A stretch of 64,000 nucleotides of DNA, taken from NCBI GenBank assembly GCA_005843815.1, contig SZYA01000026.1, positions 3,949 to 67,948 of the forward strand. Reading direction: 5' to 3'. The DNA is from Chlorobium sp. Lineage in GTDB: Bacteria > Bacteroidota > Chlorobiia > Chlorobiales > Chlorobiaceae. The notes below the pieces were generated by a model. It was not told the origin of the DNA. It did no database searches and was given only the letters and a program-made list of their open reading frames with translations. Made by a program: the position numbers and the translations under genes. Shown piece by piece: positions 1 to 9,291 of the stretch (position 1 is the stretch's first letter; each line of letters opens with the position of its first letter).

Positions 1-720
1 ATGACATCAGCAGCTCAAACGGTTGTTGGCGATATAACGGTACTGAATGCTCAAAAAACAGCCATTGCTGATGCTACTGCTCTGATTAACAGCAAAACAG
101 GAACGGCCTCAAATAGCAGTGATCTCCCTGGCAGCATAACCAGTATGGTGGCAGCTCAGATTGTGGCACAGGAGACGCTTGCAAGCCAGGCTTCGCATGC
201 GGTACAAAACAACAGTAGCACCTATCTTACTCTTGATAGTGGAAATATTGATAGTGCAATAAGTGCAGCAGCCTCTCAAGTCGGCGTCATTCATCCACCA
301 ACCATTACCAATTTTTCTCCGCTCGATGGGGCAACTTACGTACCGGTTGACAGCGATCTGCATTTCACCTTCTCGGATGCTATCCAGCGCGGAATCGGCC
401 TGATTGAGATTCACCGTGATTCGGCAACAGGCCCTGTTGTTGAAAGTTACGATCCTCTGCACAGCGGTAATCTCTCTATTTCAGGTAATGTGCTCACCGT
501 TAACCCCACGAACAACCTGGGTCATAATTCCCATTATTATGTCACTTTTGCCCAAAGTTCGATTGATAATCTTTTTGGAGATCATTTTATCGGCACTATT
601 GATTATGATCTGTTTACCGTAGCCGATCCTTATGCTGGAAGTGATGGAAATGGTGATTCCACACCGAACGTACTTTTGGGTATTGGTGGTTTAGCTTTTC
701 TTGCATGGGCACTCCTGTAA
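1..720 (+). CDS. 3' end of a large surface/adhesin-like protein (ORF open at the window edge): Ala/Thr/Ser-rich segment, one SbsA/Big_5-type bacterial Ig-like domain, short C-terminal hydrophobic tail
   Basis: The frame is open from base 1 to TAA at 718-720. 'PPTITNFSPLDGATYVPVDSDLHFTFSDAIQRG...LTVNPTNNLGHNSHYYVTF' fits the SbsA-type Ig-like pattern. 'VAAQIVAQETLASQA..NNSST' and the terminal 'VLLGIGGLAFLAWALL' are paralogous to segments of the 35742..40697 ORF. Confidence 0.6.
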   Translation: MTSAAQTVVGDITVLNAQKTAIADATALINSKTGTASNSSDLPGSITSMVAAQIVAQETLASQASHAVQNNSSTYLTLDSGNIDSAISAAASQVGVIHPPTITNFSPLDGATYVPVDSDLHFTFSDAIQRGIGLIEIHRDSATGPVVESYDPLHSGNLSISGNVLTVNPTNNLGHNSHYYVTFAQSSIDNLFGDHFIGTIDYDLFTVADPYAGSDGNGDSTPNVLLGIGGLAFLAWALL

Positions 721-793
721 TCAGTTACCGCTAACTTCGCAGGGAATATGGGGTACATTTTAATAGTGCTCGTGCCGGATACTGTTTATGCTA

Positions 794-2938
794 TCATAAC
801 ATGACCAGCGCAAGCCGATAGACAACAAACGAGAGTATCCACGCCACCGAGAGAGAATAGGCAGAGTAGAGCAATACTGGCCTCCACTTGCCAACCTCTT
901 TTTTCATCACGCCGATTGCGGCGACGCAGGGGATATAGAGCAGCACAAAGACCATCAGACTCAGTGCGGTTGCGCGGCTGAATGAGGGGTCGTGCCGGAG
1001 AATTGATTTCAGCTCTACCGGAGAGTCATTGCTCTTGCCGATAGAGTAGATGGTGCCAAGGGTCGAGACAACAACCTCTTTTGCTGCCAGGCCGGTCACA
1101 AGGGCGATACCAATCTTCCAGTCGAACCCAAGCGGCTTGATAAGCGGTTCAAGCACTTTGCCTGCTCGTCCAGCCAGAGAGAACTCCAGTTGTTCTGATT
1201 TGATGCGCACTTCAAGCGATTTTCTCAATGCTTTCTTGCTGCCTTCGCTCATGCCACTCTCTGCGATCCCGTTGCTCTCGGCGGTGTATGCCCTGTCAAG
1301 AGCACTGTTGTGCGGATAGTTGCTGACCGCCCAGATAATAATGACCGCGCCAAGAATAAGTGTGCCCGCTTTTTTCAGGTACATCAAGGCTTTGACTTTC
1401 GCCTGAAAAAAAACCGATGCCAGGGTTGGCCAGCGATAGGGTGGAAGCTCCATCACAAAGGGCTCAGAGTCGCTTTTCATCACCGTTTTTTTCAGGATCA
1501 ATGCCGTCCATAGACCAACGACAATGCCAAGCAGATAGATGCCGAACATGATGTTTGCGGCAATTTCCGGCGGAAAAAAAGCAGCAGTGAGCAGCACATA
1601 GACCGGCAGTTTTGCCCCGCAACTCATAAACGGGATGATCATGATGGTAACCAGCCGGTCGGTGCGGCTTTTCAGAGTGCGTGTGGCCATAATGGCGGGA
1701 ATTGAACAGCCGAAGCCCGTGACCATGGGGATAAACGATTTACCATGCAGGCCGAAGCGGTGCATGACCCGGTCAATCACAAAGGCGGCGCGGGCCATAT
1801 AGCCTGATGCCTCAAGAAAAGAGAGTCCAACAAACAGAAGCACAATATTGGGAAGAAAGACCAGTACCCCTCCGACACCGGCGATAATGCCGTCAATGAC
1901 AATGGAGCGGAGCGTCTCATTGGGCAGCAGGGGCTCAATGGTCGAGCCGATAAGGCCGAAAAGAAGCTCCAGCCCCCCCATCAGGGGAGCGCCCAGCGTG
2001 AAGGTCAGTTGGAATATTGCCCAAACGACCAGTAAAAATATTGGCAGGCCAAGGATCCTGTTGAGTACCACCATGTCGATATAGTCGGTTGGAGTTGCCT
2101 TTACTCCTCCCGGCTGCTGGACGCACTCCTGCATTGCTCCACGAATGAATGCGTGACGATCTTCGGTAATGAGAATCTCCGGCTCTGAATCGTGCATCCG
2201 TTCAGCCTCTTTGAGCGCCTCCTGAAGAGCCAGCTCAACCTTGACCCAGACGGGATGGTGCTGTACCTCCTGATAGACTTCACGGTCATTCTCCAGCAGC
2301 TTGATTGCCAGCCATCGGGGGTTGAAGCCCTCCAGCTCCTTCTGACGAGTGAGTATTGTGGTAATCTTTTCAACTGATGCTTCCAGCCCGGGGCGGAAAA
2401 AGAGCTTGTTTTTGCGAATCGTTATATCCTTGCGTGCAACCCTGATGACGTGGTCAAGCAGTGCATCCAGCCCGATACTTTTTTTTGCCGATGTTGGAAT
2501 AATATGACAGCCGAGCAGTTGCTGTAACTGCTTTATCTCAATGACGATGCCTTTCTCCTCTACCTCGTCAATCATGTTGAGGGCAACCAGAAAATCAACC
2601 TCCAGCTCCATGAGCTGGGTGGTCAGCAGCAGGTTGCGCTCCAGGTTCGGCCCTTCGAGCACATTGACCACCACATCCGGTGGCTCTTTAATAAGATATT
2701 CGCGAGTGACAATCTCCTCAGGAGAGTAAGGTGTGAGCGAATAAATGCCAGGCAGATCAACCACCGTAATCCTGTATCCCTTGTAGTCGAGATACCCTTC
2801 ATGCTTTTCAACCGTGACACCGGAAAAATTTCCAACTTTCTGGTGAGCGCCGGTGAGTGCATTAAAAAGAGAGGTCTTTCCGCAATTTGGATTACCTGCA
2901 AGCGCGATACGAATCTCGTTCGGTTCACTCATGGTCAC
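794..2938 (-). CDS. feoB: Ferrous iron transporter FeoB (G-domain plus polytopic membrane domain)
   Basis: P-loop 'IALAGNPNCGKTSLFNALTG' and a GTPase domain are followed by multiple TM segments; 714 aa. The start is GTG at 2938 (overlapping the feoA stop) or ATG at 2932. Confidence 0.95.
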   Translation of the reverse strand: MTMSEPNEIRIALAGNPNCGKTSLFNALTGAHQKVGNFSGVTVEKHEGYLDYKGYRITVVDLPGIYSLTPYSPEEIVTREYLIKEPPDVVVNVLEGPNLERNLLLTTQLMELEVDFLVALNMIDEVEEKGIVIEIKQLQQLLGCHIIPTSAKKSIGLDALLDHVIRVARKDITIRKNKLFFRPGLEASVEKITTILTRQKELEGFNPRWLAIKLLENDREVYQEVQHHPVWVKVELALQEALKEAERMHDSEPEILITEDRHAFIRGAMQECVQQPGGVKATPTDYIDMVVLNRILGLPIFLLVVWAIFQLTFTLGAPLMGGLELLFGLIGSTIEPLLPNETLRSIVIDGIIAGVGGVLVFLPNIVLLFVGLSFLEASGYMARAAFVIDRVMHRFGLHGKSFIPMVTGFGCSIPAIMATRTLKSRTDRLVTIMIIPFMSCGAKLPVYVLLTAAFFPPEIAANIMFGIYLLGIVVGLWTALILKKTVMKSDSEPFVMELPPYRWPTLASVFFQAKVKALMYLKKAGTLILGAVIIIWAVSNYPHNSALDRAYTAESNGIAESGMSEGSKKALRKSLEVRIKSEQLEFSLAGRAGKVLEPLIKPLGFDWKIGIALVTGLAAKEVVVSTLGTIYSIGKSNDSPVELKSILRHDPSFSRATALSLMVFVLLYIPCVAAIGVMKKEVGKWRPVLLYSAYSLSVAWILSFVVYRLALVML

Positions 2939-3267
2939 TCTGACCCTTTATCAGGCTGTTCAACAACAAAAATTCCCTCAGCCTCATTTTTTCTCAGGGC
3001 AAGATGGAGCCCTTTGAAAAAAATCTCCATTGGATCGCCGAGGGGGGCGACTCTGACCACTTTGAATCTGGTCCCTTTGATGAGTCCCATATCCATAATT
3101 CTCCTTCTCACAGCCCCTTCGGCCTTGACCGCCGTCACTTCAGCCTCCTTGCCAACCTTCAACTCTGATAGCCGCATTCCATGATCTCCAGTACTAACAA
3201 TGAAAAAATAAATCGGACTGATTATAACCAGTATAACAGCAAGGAGCAAAAAATAATTCATGGGCAT
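2935..3267 (-). CDS. feoA: FeoA family protein
   Basis: FeoA core 'MRLSELKVGKEAEVTAVKA..RRRIMDMGLIKGTRFKVVRVAPLGDPMEI'. ATG at 3177 has GGAGA 7 nt upstream and gives an 80-aa product, the typical FeoA size. The longest ORF, from 3267, adds a 30-aa hydrophobic N-extension with no visible SD. Confidence 0.85.
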   Translation of the reverse strand: MPMNYFLLLAVILVIISPIYFFIVSTGDHGMRLSELKVGKEAEVTAVKAEGAVRRRIMDMGLIKGTRFKVVRVAPLGDPMEIFFKGLHLALRKNEAEGIFVVEQPDKGSE

Positions 3268-3313
3268 CGATTGTTTTTGCAGAAAAAGTGGTGCAAAGCT
3301 GTAACGATGATGA

Positions 3314-3673
3314 TCAGGGAAAAGGTGGCCAGCCCATCTGTTGACCGCCTATCAGATGGGCGTGGATATGAAAGACGCTCTGCATGGCATCAGCGCCGGA
3401 GTTAAAGACAAGCCGATAGCCAGATGCTTTGATACCCAGTATTTCAGCAACCGCTCCGGCGGCAAGAAGAATCTGACCGGCGATTGCTTCATCTTCGGGC
3501 TGGAGCTCACTCAGTGAAGAGATATGTTTGACAGGAATAATTAGCGCATGTTGGGGAGCAACCGGGGTAATATCTCTGAAAGCCACAACCTGCTCGTTGC
3601 GGTAGATAATCTTGGCGGGGATCTCTCCGCGCACGATGCGACAAAAGAGACAATCTGCTTCCTGATGTTTCAT
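3314..3673 (-). CDS. HIT (histidine triad) family nucleotide hydrolase
   Basis: Histidine triad 'HIHAHLIGG' and N-terminal 'CLFCRIVRGEIPA'; 119 aa. Confidence 0.9.
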   Translation of the reverse strand: MKHQEADCLFCRIVRGEIPAKIIYRNEQVVAFRDITPVAPQHALIIPVKHISSLSELQPEDEAIAGQILLAAGAVAEILGIKASGYRLVFNSGADAMQSVFHIHAHLIGGQQMGWPPFP

Positions 3674-3742
3674 AACTGGTTAACTTCCTTTATGTTAACA
3701 ATATTCTGAATTTCCCTGTGCTTGCGTATAGTGCTGCCATGA

Positions 3743-5074
3743 TCACTCTGCTGGTGTGGTATTGGGTGAGTTTTCTGCCTCTTGTTGTGGGACGTCAGAG
3801 AGCTTCGATGCCAGCACCTTGTCAATTCTTTGGCCGTCAAGGTCAACAATTTCGAGGCTCCAGCTCTCCCAGGTCATGATGTCGCCGGTTCGGGGCATAC
3901 GCCCGAGCAGCCACATCATCAGGCCGCTGAGTGTATGATAGAGCCCTTTATCCTCTTCTGGTACGCTTTTCAGTTCAAGGGTATCCTTAAGCTCTGGAAC
4001 AGGAATAAGGCCATCAAGCAGCCATGAGCCGTCATGCCGCTGCACAGCCCATGAATCTTCCAGATTTCTTGGAACAAACTCTCCGGTAACAGCTTCGAGC
4101 ATATCTTGCAGGGTGACCAGCCCCTGAATTTCACCATATTCGTCAACAACAAAAACCATCTGGCTGCCTGATGTCCTGAAATGGTCGAGCAGCTCCATAC
4201 CGGTAAGGGTCTCTGGCACATAAACACAGGGCTGCAACTGGGAGGTAAATTCTGTCAAGCCACCCTTCAGGGTTTTCGACAAAAGCTGTTTGGCGTTGAC
4301 CACCCCAATCAGAGACTGGAGATCGCCGTTACAGACAGGAAAGCGTGAGTGCTCAGACTCTGTCACCCTGCGGATATTCTCTTCCAGCGCCTGTGAGACA
4401 TCAAGAAAGACAATGTCAGCTCTCGGAACCATCAGCGAACCCAGTTGACGATCATCCAGACGGAAGACATTGCGCACCATCTCATGCTCCTGCTGCTCAA
4501 TCACCCCGGCTTCAGAGCCCTCCTCAAGCATCGCATGAATCTCCTCTTCCGTAACGCTCGGCATGGTTTGTGAGTGGTTTCCCAGCAGACGGAGAACCGC
4601 ATCGGTTGAGGCCGAAAGCAGATGCCCAAACGGTCGGGTTATTGCCGAGAGGGTGAGCATGGGGCGCGCAACCAGGCAGGCAATCCCCTCTGGATTCAAC
4701 TGCCCAAGTCGTTTTGGCACAAGCTCACCGATGACGATGGTGATGTAGGTGATGGCAAGAACCACAACTGCTGTTGCAAAAATATGGCTTGGTTCAGGAT
4801 TCATTCCCAATGTCTGCAGCGTCTTGGCCAAAGGGGCCGCAAGAGCGCTCTCCCCGACAATACCGTTGAGAATCCCGATAGAGGTAATGCCAATCTGGAT
4901 GGTCGAGAGAAACCTTGTTGAGTCCTGGCCAAGTTTCAGCGCAGTTACCGCAGACCTCTCCCCATCTTCTGCAAGTTTTGAAAGGCGGGAGCGCTTTGCG
5001 GTCACCAGCGCAATTTCTGACATGGCAAAAAGGCCGTTAAGAACAATCAGGGCAAAAAGAAAAAGTATTTCCAT
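3743..5074 (-). CDS. CNNM/CorC/TlyC-family membrane protein (DUF21 - CBS pair - CorC_HlyC)
   Basis: 'LNGLFAMSEIALVTAKRSRL' is the DUF21 N-terminus with about 4 TM segments, followed by a CBS-pair region and a C-terminal transporter-associated domain; 443 aa. Confidence 0.85.
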   Translation of the reverse strand: MEILFLFALIVLNGLFAMSEIALVTAKRSRLSKLAEDGERSAVTALKLGQDSTRFLSTIQIGITSIGILNGIVGESALAAPLAKTLQTLGMNPEPSHIFATAVVVLAITYITIVIGELVPKRLGQLNPEGIACLVARPMLTLSAITRPFGHLLSASTDAVLRLLGNHSQTMPSVTEEEIHAMLEEGSEAGVIEQQEHEMVRNVFRLDDRQLGSLMVPRADIVFLDVSQALEENIRRVTESEHSRFPVCNGDLQSLIGVVNAKQLLSKTLKGGLTEFTSQLQPCVYVPETLTGMELLDHFRTSGSQMVFVVDEYGEIQGLVTLQDMLEAVTGEFVPRNLEDSWAVQRHDGSWLLDGLIPVPELKDTLELKSVPEEDKGLYHTLSGLMMWLLGRMPRTGDIMTWESWSLEIVDLDGQRIDKVLASKLSDVPQQEAENSPNTTPAE

Positions 5075-5404
5075 AAATTCAGTTTAGAAGCTTCAGAGAT
5101 ATCGGTGCCAGTGCGGCGACAGATTTCTGTAACGCTTCGTTTACAAGGACAAACTGTTATCGTTAAGATACCAGCCTGCACATTTCTACCGCATTCTACG
5201 AATAATTGTTGACATTATTCATTTGCAACGCCAATCAACTCCTGCGCTTCATGCTCTGAACAAAACTTCTGCAGTGATAGGGTTGTGGCATCTCCCTATA
5301 GGTTTTCGGTGTTTGAGAGGCTATCTTCCTGAACAATAATCAATGACACAGGGGGAAACTAACCTCTCTTCACCTCTTCAGCAAGTACTGTTGACCTAAA
5401 AAGT

Positions 5405-5866
5405 ATGATGGATTTTACCTGGTGTATGGAGCTGGCTTTTCGGGAAGCCATGAAAGCGTTTGAACGAAAGGAGGTTCCCGTTGGCGCAATTGTGTTCGAC
5501 AGCAGTGGTCGCGTTATTGGCAGGGGGTATAACCAGGTGGAGTCACTGTGCGATGCTACAGCGCATGCCGAGATGATTGCCTTGACCTCCGCAATGGCAA
5601 CTATCGGCAGCAAATACCTCAACGATTGTACGCTTGCCGTAACGCTGGAGCCCTGCCCCATGTGTGCCGGAGCTATTGTCAACGCAAAGGTAGGTCGTGT
5701 TATCTTTGGCGCATACGACCCAAAAGCGGGGGCATCAGGCACCGTCTTGAACGTGACCGGCTGCCAGCAACTCAACCATCAACCAGAGGTCTTCGGTGGC
5801 ATCATGGAGCACAAATGCCAGACCCTTCTACAGGACTTCTTCCGCCAACTCCGCCAAACCAACTAA
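5405..5866 (+). CDS. tadA: tRNA-specific adenosine deaminase
   Basis: CMP/dCMP-type zinc motifs 'HAEMIAL' and 'PCPMCAGAI'; 153 aa. Confidence 0.9.
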   Translation: MMDFTWCMELAFREAMKAFERKEVPVGAIVFDSSGRVIGRGYNQVESLCDATAHAEMIALTSAMATIGSKYLNDCTLAVTLEPCPMCAGAIVNAKVGRVIFGAYDPKAGASGTVLNVTGCQQLNHQPEVFGGIMEHKCQTLLQDFFRQLRQTN

Positions 5867-5883
5867 CAATTCATAACTGCCCG

Positions 5884-6885
5884 CTACCCATTCTCCTTCA
5901 ACATACTCTTCAACGAGCTGGCCAGATGAGAGACAATCTCTTTGGCCATGCCGCTTCCGGCGGAGGGGGAGTGCATGGTGTCGAGACTGTCGATACCAGC
6001 TTTTTTTATAGCATTACTGATGGTGACCGATAAAATCGGGTTACACTCCCTGACAATCTCTTTCAGCATGAATGAAGCTTCGAATATGCTCTGTTGAATA
6101 ATCTCCCTTTCGTCTTCACTCGTCGTGGTCTGGCAGTGGCGAGTGGCGATAATTCCGGCAAGACAGGTGAGGTAGGTGTTGGTGGCTCCGGCCAGAAAAA
6201 GGTTGAGGAAAAATGGAGCGAGCAGATTCCCGGCTGGCAGCAGGGAGGAGAGGGTATTGCTGAACGCTGACTGGATAATCGGTTTGATATGCGCCTGAAT
6301 GTCCTCCTTTTTAAAGTCAGACAGGGGAAGATATTCGTAAACGGAACGAGAGAGGGTTATGAACTCCCTGAAGTGTTGATCGCGGTTGTGGCTGGTGTAG
6401 ATATTCCACACCAGCTTGAGATTATTGAGCAGAGATGTGGTTGTTCCGTAGGATGTGTTTTGGGCAAAAGCTCCTACAAAAAAATTTCGGGTGGCAATCT
6501 CCCTGGTTATGTTGAGTGCGTCTGTATCAAGAAGCTTAAGGTTGGTGCGAAGCCATCGCTGATCTTTTTTATTTTTTGATGGTTCAGGATGCATGGGATG
6601 AACCGGAAGCCGTCCGGTCATATAGGCAAGGTATGCGGCCATTACCTTTGCATTATCATCAGTCGGAAGCGCCGGCTTTTTTGGCAGAGAAAAAAAACGG
6701 AGTCCGGTAATGAGAGAAAAGAGGAGAACCGCCGAGCTGAACAGCAGGAAAAAAGCTCCTGCTGCGGGATGAAGGGAGCTGATAAGCCCGGCGAGCGCTA
6801 TAAACTGGTTTGCGACAGAAACAACCACAAGAAGCGTTGTTATTGCAACGGTGGCTGAGAGAAACAGGCTCGCTTTTCGTTTCAT
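5884..6885 (-). CDS. Hypothetical membrane protein (two N-terminal TM helices plus a helical domain)
   Basis: Long ORF of 333 aa with N-terminal hydrophobic helices. Its ATG overlaps the stop of the upstream gene (ATGA at 6882-6885). I do not recognise a family motif. Confidence 0.5.
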   Translation of the reverse strand: MKRKASLFLSATVAITTLLVVVSVANQFIALAGLISSLHPAAGAFFLLFSSAVLLFSLITGLRFFSLPKKPALPTDDNAKVMAAYLAYMTGRLPVHPMHPEPSKNKKDQRWLRTNLKLLDTDALNITREIATRNFFVGAFAQNTSYGTTTSLLNNLKLVWNIYTSHNRDQHFREFITLSRSVYEYLPLSDFKKEDIQAHIKPIIQSAFSNTLSSLLPAGNLLAPFFLNLFLAGATNTYLTCLAGIIATRHCQTTTSEDEREIIQQSIFEASFMLKEIVRECNPILSVTISNAIKKAGIDSLDTMHSPSAGSGMAKEIVSHLASSLKSMLKENG

Positions 6886-8138
6886 GTTATCTCAGGTTCT
6901 GGAAGCCTGATGGAGTGATCGCTGCTGAACTGATAGTCATGAAAAATATCTTCTGCTTTGGGAAGTTGCCATTTTCCGTCCGGCAGGAGGTTGGTTGTCT
7001 CCTTGAGCCGGTAGGTAGTGTGGCCGCAAGTCCAGCAGTCATAATTGGCCATACCGGTACAGAGACAGGTCTTCTCCTTGACAACAAGCGGAGATCCCGC
7101 TTTCCTTTCCGCAAGGGCTTGATAATACTCGTCGATATAGGTGCACTTTCCACCGTTTTCGAGGAGGTAGCCGAGCCCCTCGCAGTTTGGTTTTATTGCA
7201 TAGCGCAGGGTTGGTGAGGAGGTGAGCATGCGCATTGGATAGCCTGTGGTTGAGGCCATGTTGACGACAATATCCTCCTCTCTGGCATTGATATAGTTCT
7301 GTTTAACGTCGGCAGGTAATCCAGCCTCCTTGCTGATGGTGAATCGGGTTGCAACTTGCACCCCACCGGCCCCCATCTGGAGATAATCGACAGCATCAGT
7401 GCCGGTAAAAATACCACCTGCCGGGATAACCGGAATGTTCAGCCCCTCTTTTTTAAGAAAATCCAGTACGTCCGAAAAAATTGTTTTGAGATCAAAGGTG
7501 TGCCAGTCGGCAGGTCCAAACCCAAGGTGTCCTCCGGCAAGTGGCCCCTCAACAATAATGTAGTCCGGAACCCGGTTCAGGCGTATGGCACGTTTCAGAA
7601 ATATGGCAAGTGCCCTGACTGAGGAGATGATAATACCTATGTTGACATCGCGGAATCTTGGGTGATCCTGGATAAGGTCGAGTGTCCGAAGGTTAAGACC
7701 AGCCGCCAAAGTCAACCCGTCAATACCAGCATCCATTGCAGCGGAAAGTCTTACTTTCAAGGTTTCAATACCGCTGTTCATGGTCAGCTTCTCCATACAG
7801 TTCAGAAAAACAGCGCCCTTGCCTGTTTTTTGGGAGATGGTGTGTTCAATATATTTTTTTTGAGCCTCAGCAAGCTCTTCAAGGTCAAAGCGTACCGCTG
7901 ATTTATCAGGGGTTGCGCTGTATTGGGAGTATTGTTTCCTTTTTCGACTGACATAAGAGGTGCTGAAGATTCTGTCGCAGACATAAGTGATCAGGGCATC
8001 GGAGATATGGCCGATGCCGCCAAGCTTTTCAGCAGCAAGAGCAAGTTCTGTTGTCGAAATATTTACTCCCATCCCCCCGATAATGATAGGGACATACTCT
8101 TTTCCGCCTAATTGCAGTCTGAAATTGTCTACGTTCAT
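6882..8138 (-). CDS. Nitronate monooxygenase / FabK-like FMN oxidoreductase family protein with a Cys-rich C-terminal extension
   Basis: 'PIIIGGMGVNISTTELALAAEKLGGIGHIS' and 'IIVEGPLAGGHLG' fit the NMO/TIM-barrel FMN pattern. The C-terminal ~100 aa carries 'CEGLGY..GGKCTY...CLCTGMANYDCWTCGH'. Confidence 0.7.
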   Translation of the reverse strand: MNVDNFRLQLGGKEYVPIIIGGMGVNISTTELALAAEKLGGIGHISDALITYVCDRIFSTSYVSRKRKQYSQYSATPDKSAVRFDLEELAEAQKKYIEHTISQKTGKGAVFLNCMEKLTMNSGIETLKVRLSAAMDAGIDGLTLAAGLNLRTLDLIQDHPRFRDVNIGIIISSVRALAIFLKRAIRLNRVPDYIIVEGPLAGGHLGFGPADWHTFDLKTIFSDVLDFLKKEGLNIPVIPAGGIFTGTDAVDYLQMGAGGVQVATRFTISKEAGLPADVKQNYINAREEDIVVNMASTTGYPMRMLTSSPTLRYAIKPNCEGLGYLLENGGKCTYIDEYYQALAERKAGSPLVVKEKTCLCTGMANYDCWTCGHTTYRLKETTNLLPDGKWQLPKAEDIFHDYQFSSDHSIRLPEPEIT

Positions 8139-8447
8139 TGTTGTGTAAGTCAGTATAAGAGCATTTACAGATCAATCACTACCACTGAGCTCAGGAGACA
8201 AGCGCACGTACGGCCCCCGTACCCTGTACCAAAATTACCTAAGATATCACATTTCAGATTATAAATCTACAGCCATTTCTTTCAAAATCCACGGCTTTTC
8301 AACTATTCCATTCCTTCTTGGGTAAACTTTAGGGCTCTGGGGAGGATGAAGTTTGAGAAAAGGAGAAGAGAATATTAAATTGCGGGCCAAAGAGGCGAAG
8401 CGGAAAAATTATTCGGAATAAAAAAATCCAGAAAAGGGAGTGCTACT

Positions 8448-9191
8448 ATGATAAAACTTGTCTTGTTGCGGCATGGTGAGAGTCAGTGGAACCGTGAGAA
8501 CCGCTTTACTGGATGGTATGATATTGATCTGAGCGAGCAGGGCCGGGCAGAGGCTGCAAACGCAGGAAAGCTGCTTCGAGAGGGGGGATTTGTTTTTGAT
8601 GTTGCCTATACCTCGGTGCTGAAGCGCGCCATCAGGACGCTCTGGGGAGCGCTTGATGCCATGGATTTAATGTGGATCCCGGTCTTCAAAAGCTGGAGGT
8701 TGAACGAGCGCCATTATGGTGCGTTGCAGGGACTCAATAAATCGGAGACATCCCAGAAATATGGTGAAGAGCAGGTGCTGGTGTGGAGGAGAAGTTACGA
8801 CACGCCTCCCCCTGCCCTTGAAAAAAGTGATGAGCGCTATCCTGGAACAGAACCTCGATATGCTGCTCTGAGCGAAGAGGAGATTCCTTTGAGTGAATGC
8901 CTGAAAGATACGGTTGAGAGGTTCCTGCCATTGTGGCACGAGACCATAGCGCCTGAAATCCGCAAAGGCCGGAAGGTTATTATTGCCGCTCATGGCAATT
9001 CATTGCGTGCCCTGGTTAAATATCTTGACAACATCTCCGAAGAGGATATTGTTGGTTTGAATATTCCTACAGGCATCCCCCTGGTATACGAGCTTGATGA
9101 TAATCTTAAGCCGCTGAGAAGTTATTACCTTGGCGATCAGGATGCCTTGAAGAGGGCTGTTGATGCGGTGGCCAGCCAGGGGAAAGCATAG
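8448..9191 (+). CDS. gpmA: 2,3-bisphosphoglycerate-dependent phosphoglycerate mutase
   Basis: '[20 protein letters not shown]' catalytic His motif and '[10 protein letters not shown]'; 247 aa. Confidence 0.95.
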   Translation: MIKLVLLRHGESQWNRENRFTGWYDIDLSEQGRAEAANAGKLLREGGFVFDVAYTSVLKRAIRTLWGALDAMDLMWIPVFKSWRLNERHYGALQGLNKSETSQKYGEEQVLVWRRSYDTPPPALEKSDERYPGTEPRYAALSEEEIPLSECLKDTVERFLPLWHETIAPEIRKGRKVIIAAHGNSLRALVKYLDNISEEDIVGLNIPTGIPLVYELDDNLKPLRSYYLGDQDALKRAVDAVASQGKA

Positions 9192-9291
9192 TTTGATGGA
9201 GAATGTGGTTTTCGGGTATATTGTTGAAAAACATTTATATTCTTCGCCACGCTCTTTATGTCGCCTTTTTTTTGAAACTGTTTGAAAAGTT

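Noticed and set aside
3200-3260. Fur box upstream of feoA
   Set aside because: 'GTTATACTGGTTATAATCAG' matches the 19-bp Fur consensus only partially and has poor dyad symmetry. That is not enough for a call.
5359-6033. ORFs 5359..5775 (-) and 5548..6033 (+) overlapping tadA
   Set aside because: tadA has clear deaminase zinc motifs. The alternatives have no motifs and are Arg/Pro/Ser-rich in the way out-of-frame translations usually are.
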